Source: Leucoraja ocellata (lineage: Eukaryota). From it: a stretch of 64,000 bases of DNA. Of this stretch, positions 63,540 through 64,000 are shown piece by piece (the stretch's first letter is position 1; each line of letters starts with the position of its first letter). The stretch covers positions 1 to 64,000 of the forward strand of contig JAWMAR010003005.1 of the NCBI GenBank assembly GCA_036785375.1. Direction: 5' to 3'. A program made the translations under genes and the position numbers. Below the pieces are notes generated by a model, which was given only the letters and a program-made list of their open reading frames with translations, was not told the origin of the DNA and did no database searches.

Positions 63540-64000
63540 TGTTTTGCCTCACATCAGTGGTAGGAATGTAATTGGAGAGGGTTCTTTGGGATAGGATTTA
63601 CTACCATTTGGAAGCCAATGGGCTAGTTAGGGACCAACAGCATGGCTTTGTACGCCACAGATCATGTCTTACTAACTTGAATGATTTTGTTGAGGAGGTG
63701 ACAAAAGTGATCGATGAAGGTAGGGCAGTGGATGTTGTCCATATGGACCATAGTAAGGCATTTGAGAAAGTTCTCCATGGTTGGTTGTCCAAGAAGGTCA
63801 AAATGCACGGCCTTCAGAGTGATTTTGTCGTCTGGGTCAATACCTGTTTACTGATAGAAGACAGAGGCTTGTGGTGAAGGGCATTATTCAGAGTGGAAGT
63901 CTGTGACCAGCTGAACTCTGCAGGGATCTGCGGACAGTGAGCAAGGATGTTAAAGTATAGATCTGCGAGGAGGATGCTATGAGGCTGCACGGTGACTTGG
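63540..64000 (+). mobile_element. Old CR1-like RT fragment
   Basis: QHGF...SCLTNL...DEG.AVDVV...KAF motifs. Confidence 0.75.

Overview
Eukaryotic, TE-dense DNA from a cartilaginous fish. The V, CH1, CH2 and Cys-rich tail closely resemble skate (Rajidae) IgX/IgW as I recall it; no search was run. The window holds one complete IgW heavy-chain cluster on the minus strand: leader (59778-59823), VH apparently already fused in the germline to D1 and followed by a 22-spacer RSS, a 12/12 D, a 23-RSS JH, CH1, CH2, a Cys-rich secretory exon, CH3, CH4, a candidate second Cys-containing secretory exon, CH5, and CH6 with an IgM-like tailpiece. Downstream of that terminal secretory exon lie three tandem, open, splice-competent copies of a diverged CH3-CH4 exon pair (29812-19473), then TM1 (17741-17880) and a candidate TM2 (12808-12819), for 12 C-domain exons in all. 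CH6 lacks the usual internal GT donor, so the extra pairs look like a membrane-form-specific, variable-length stalk. The J-CH1 intron carries a 20-bp GAGCT/GGG tandem array resembling a class-switch region. The remainder is nested CR1, L1, Tx1-like, Rex1/Babar-like, DIRS1, Penelope-like (with hammerhead motifs), SINE and MITE sequence. Exon boundaries were read by hand from splice signals and reading frame; TE boundaries are approximate unless a TSD is given.
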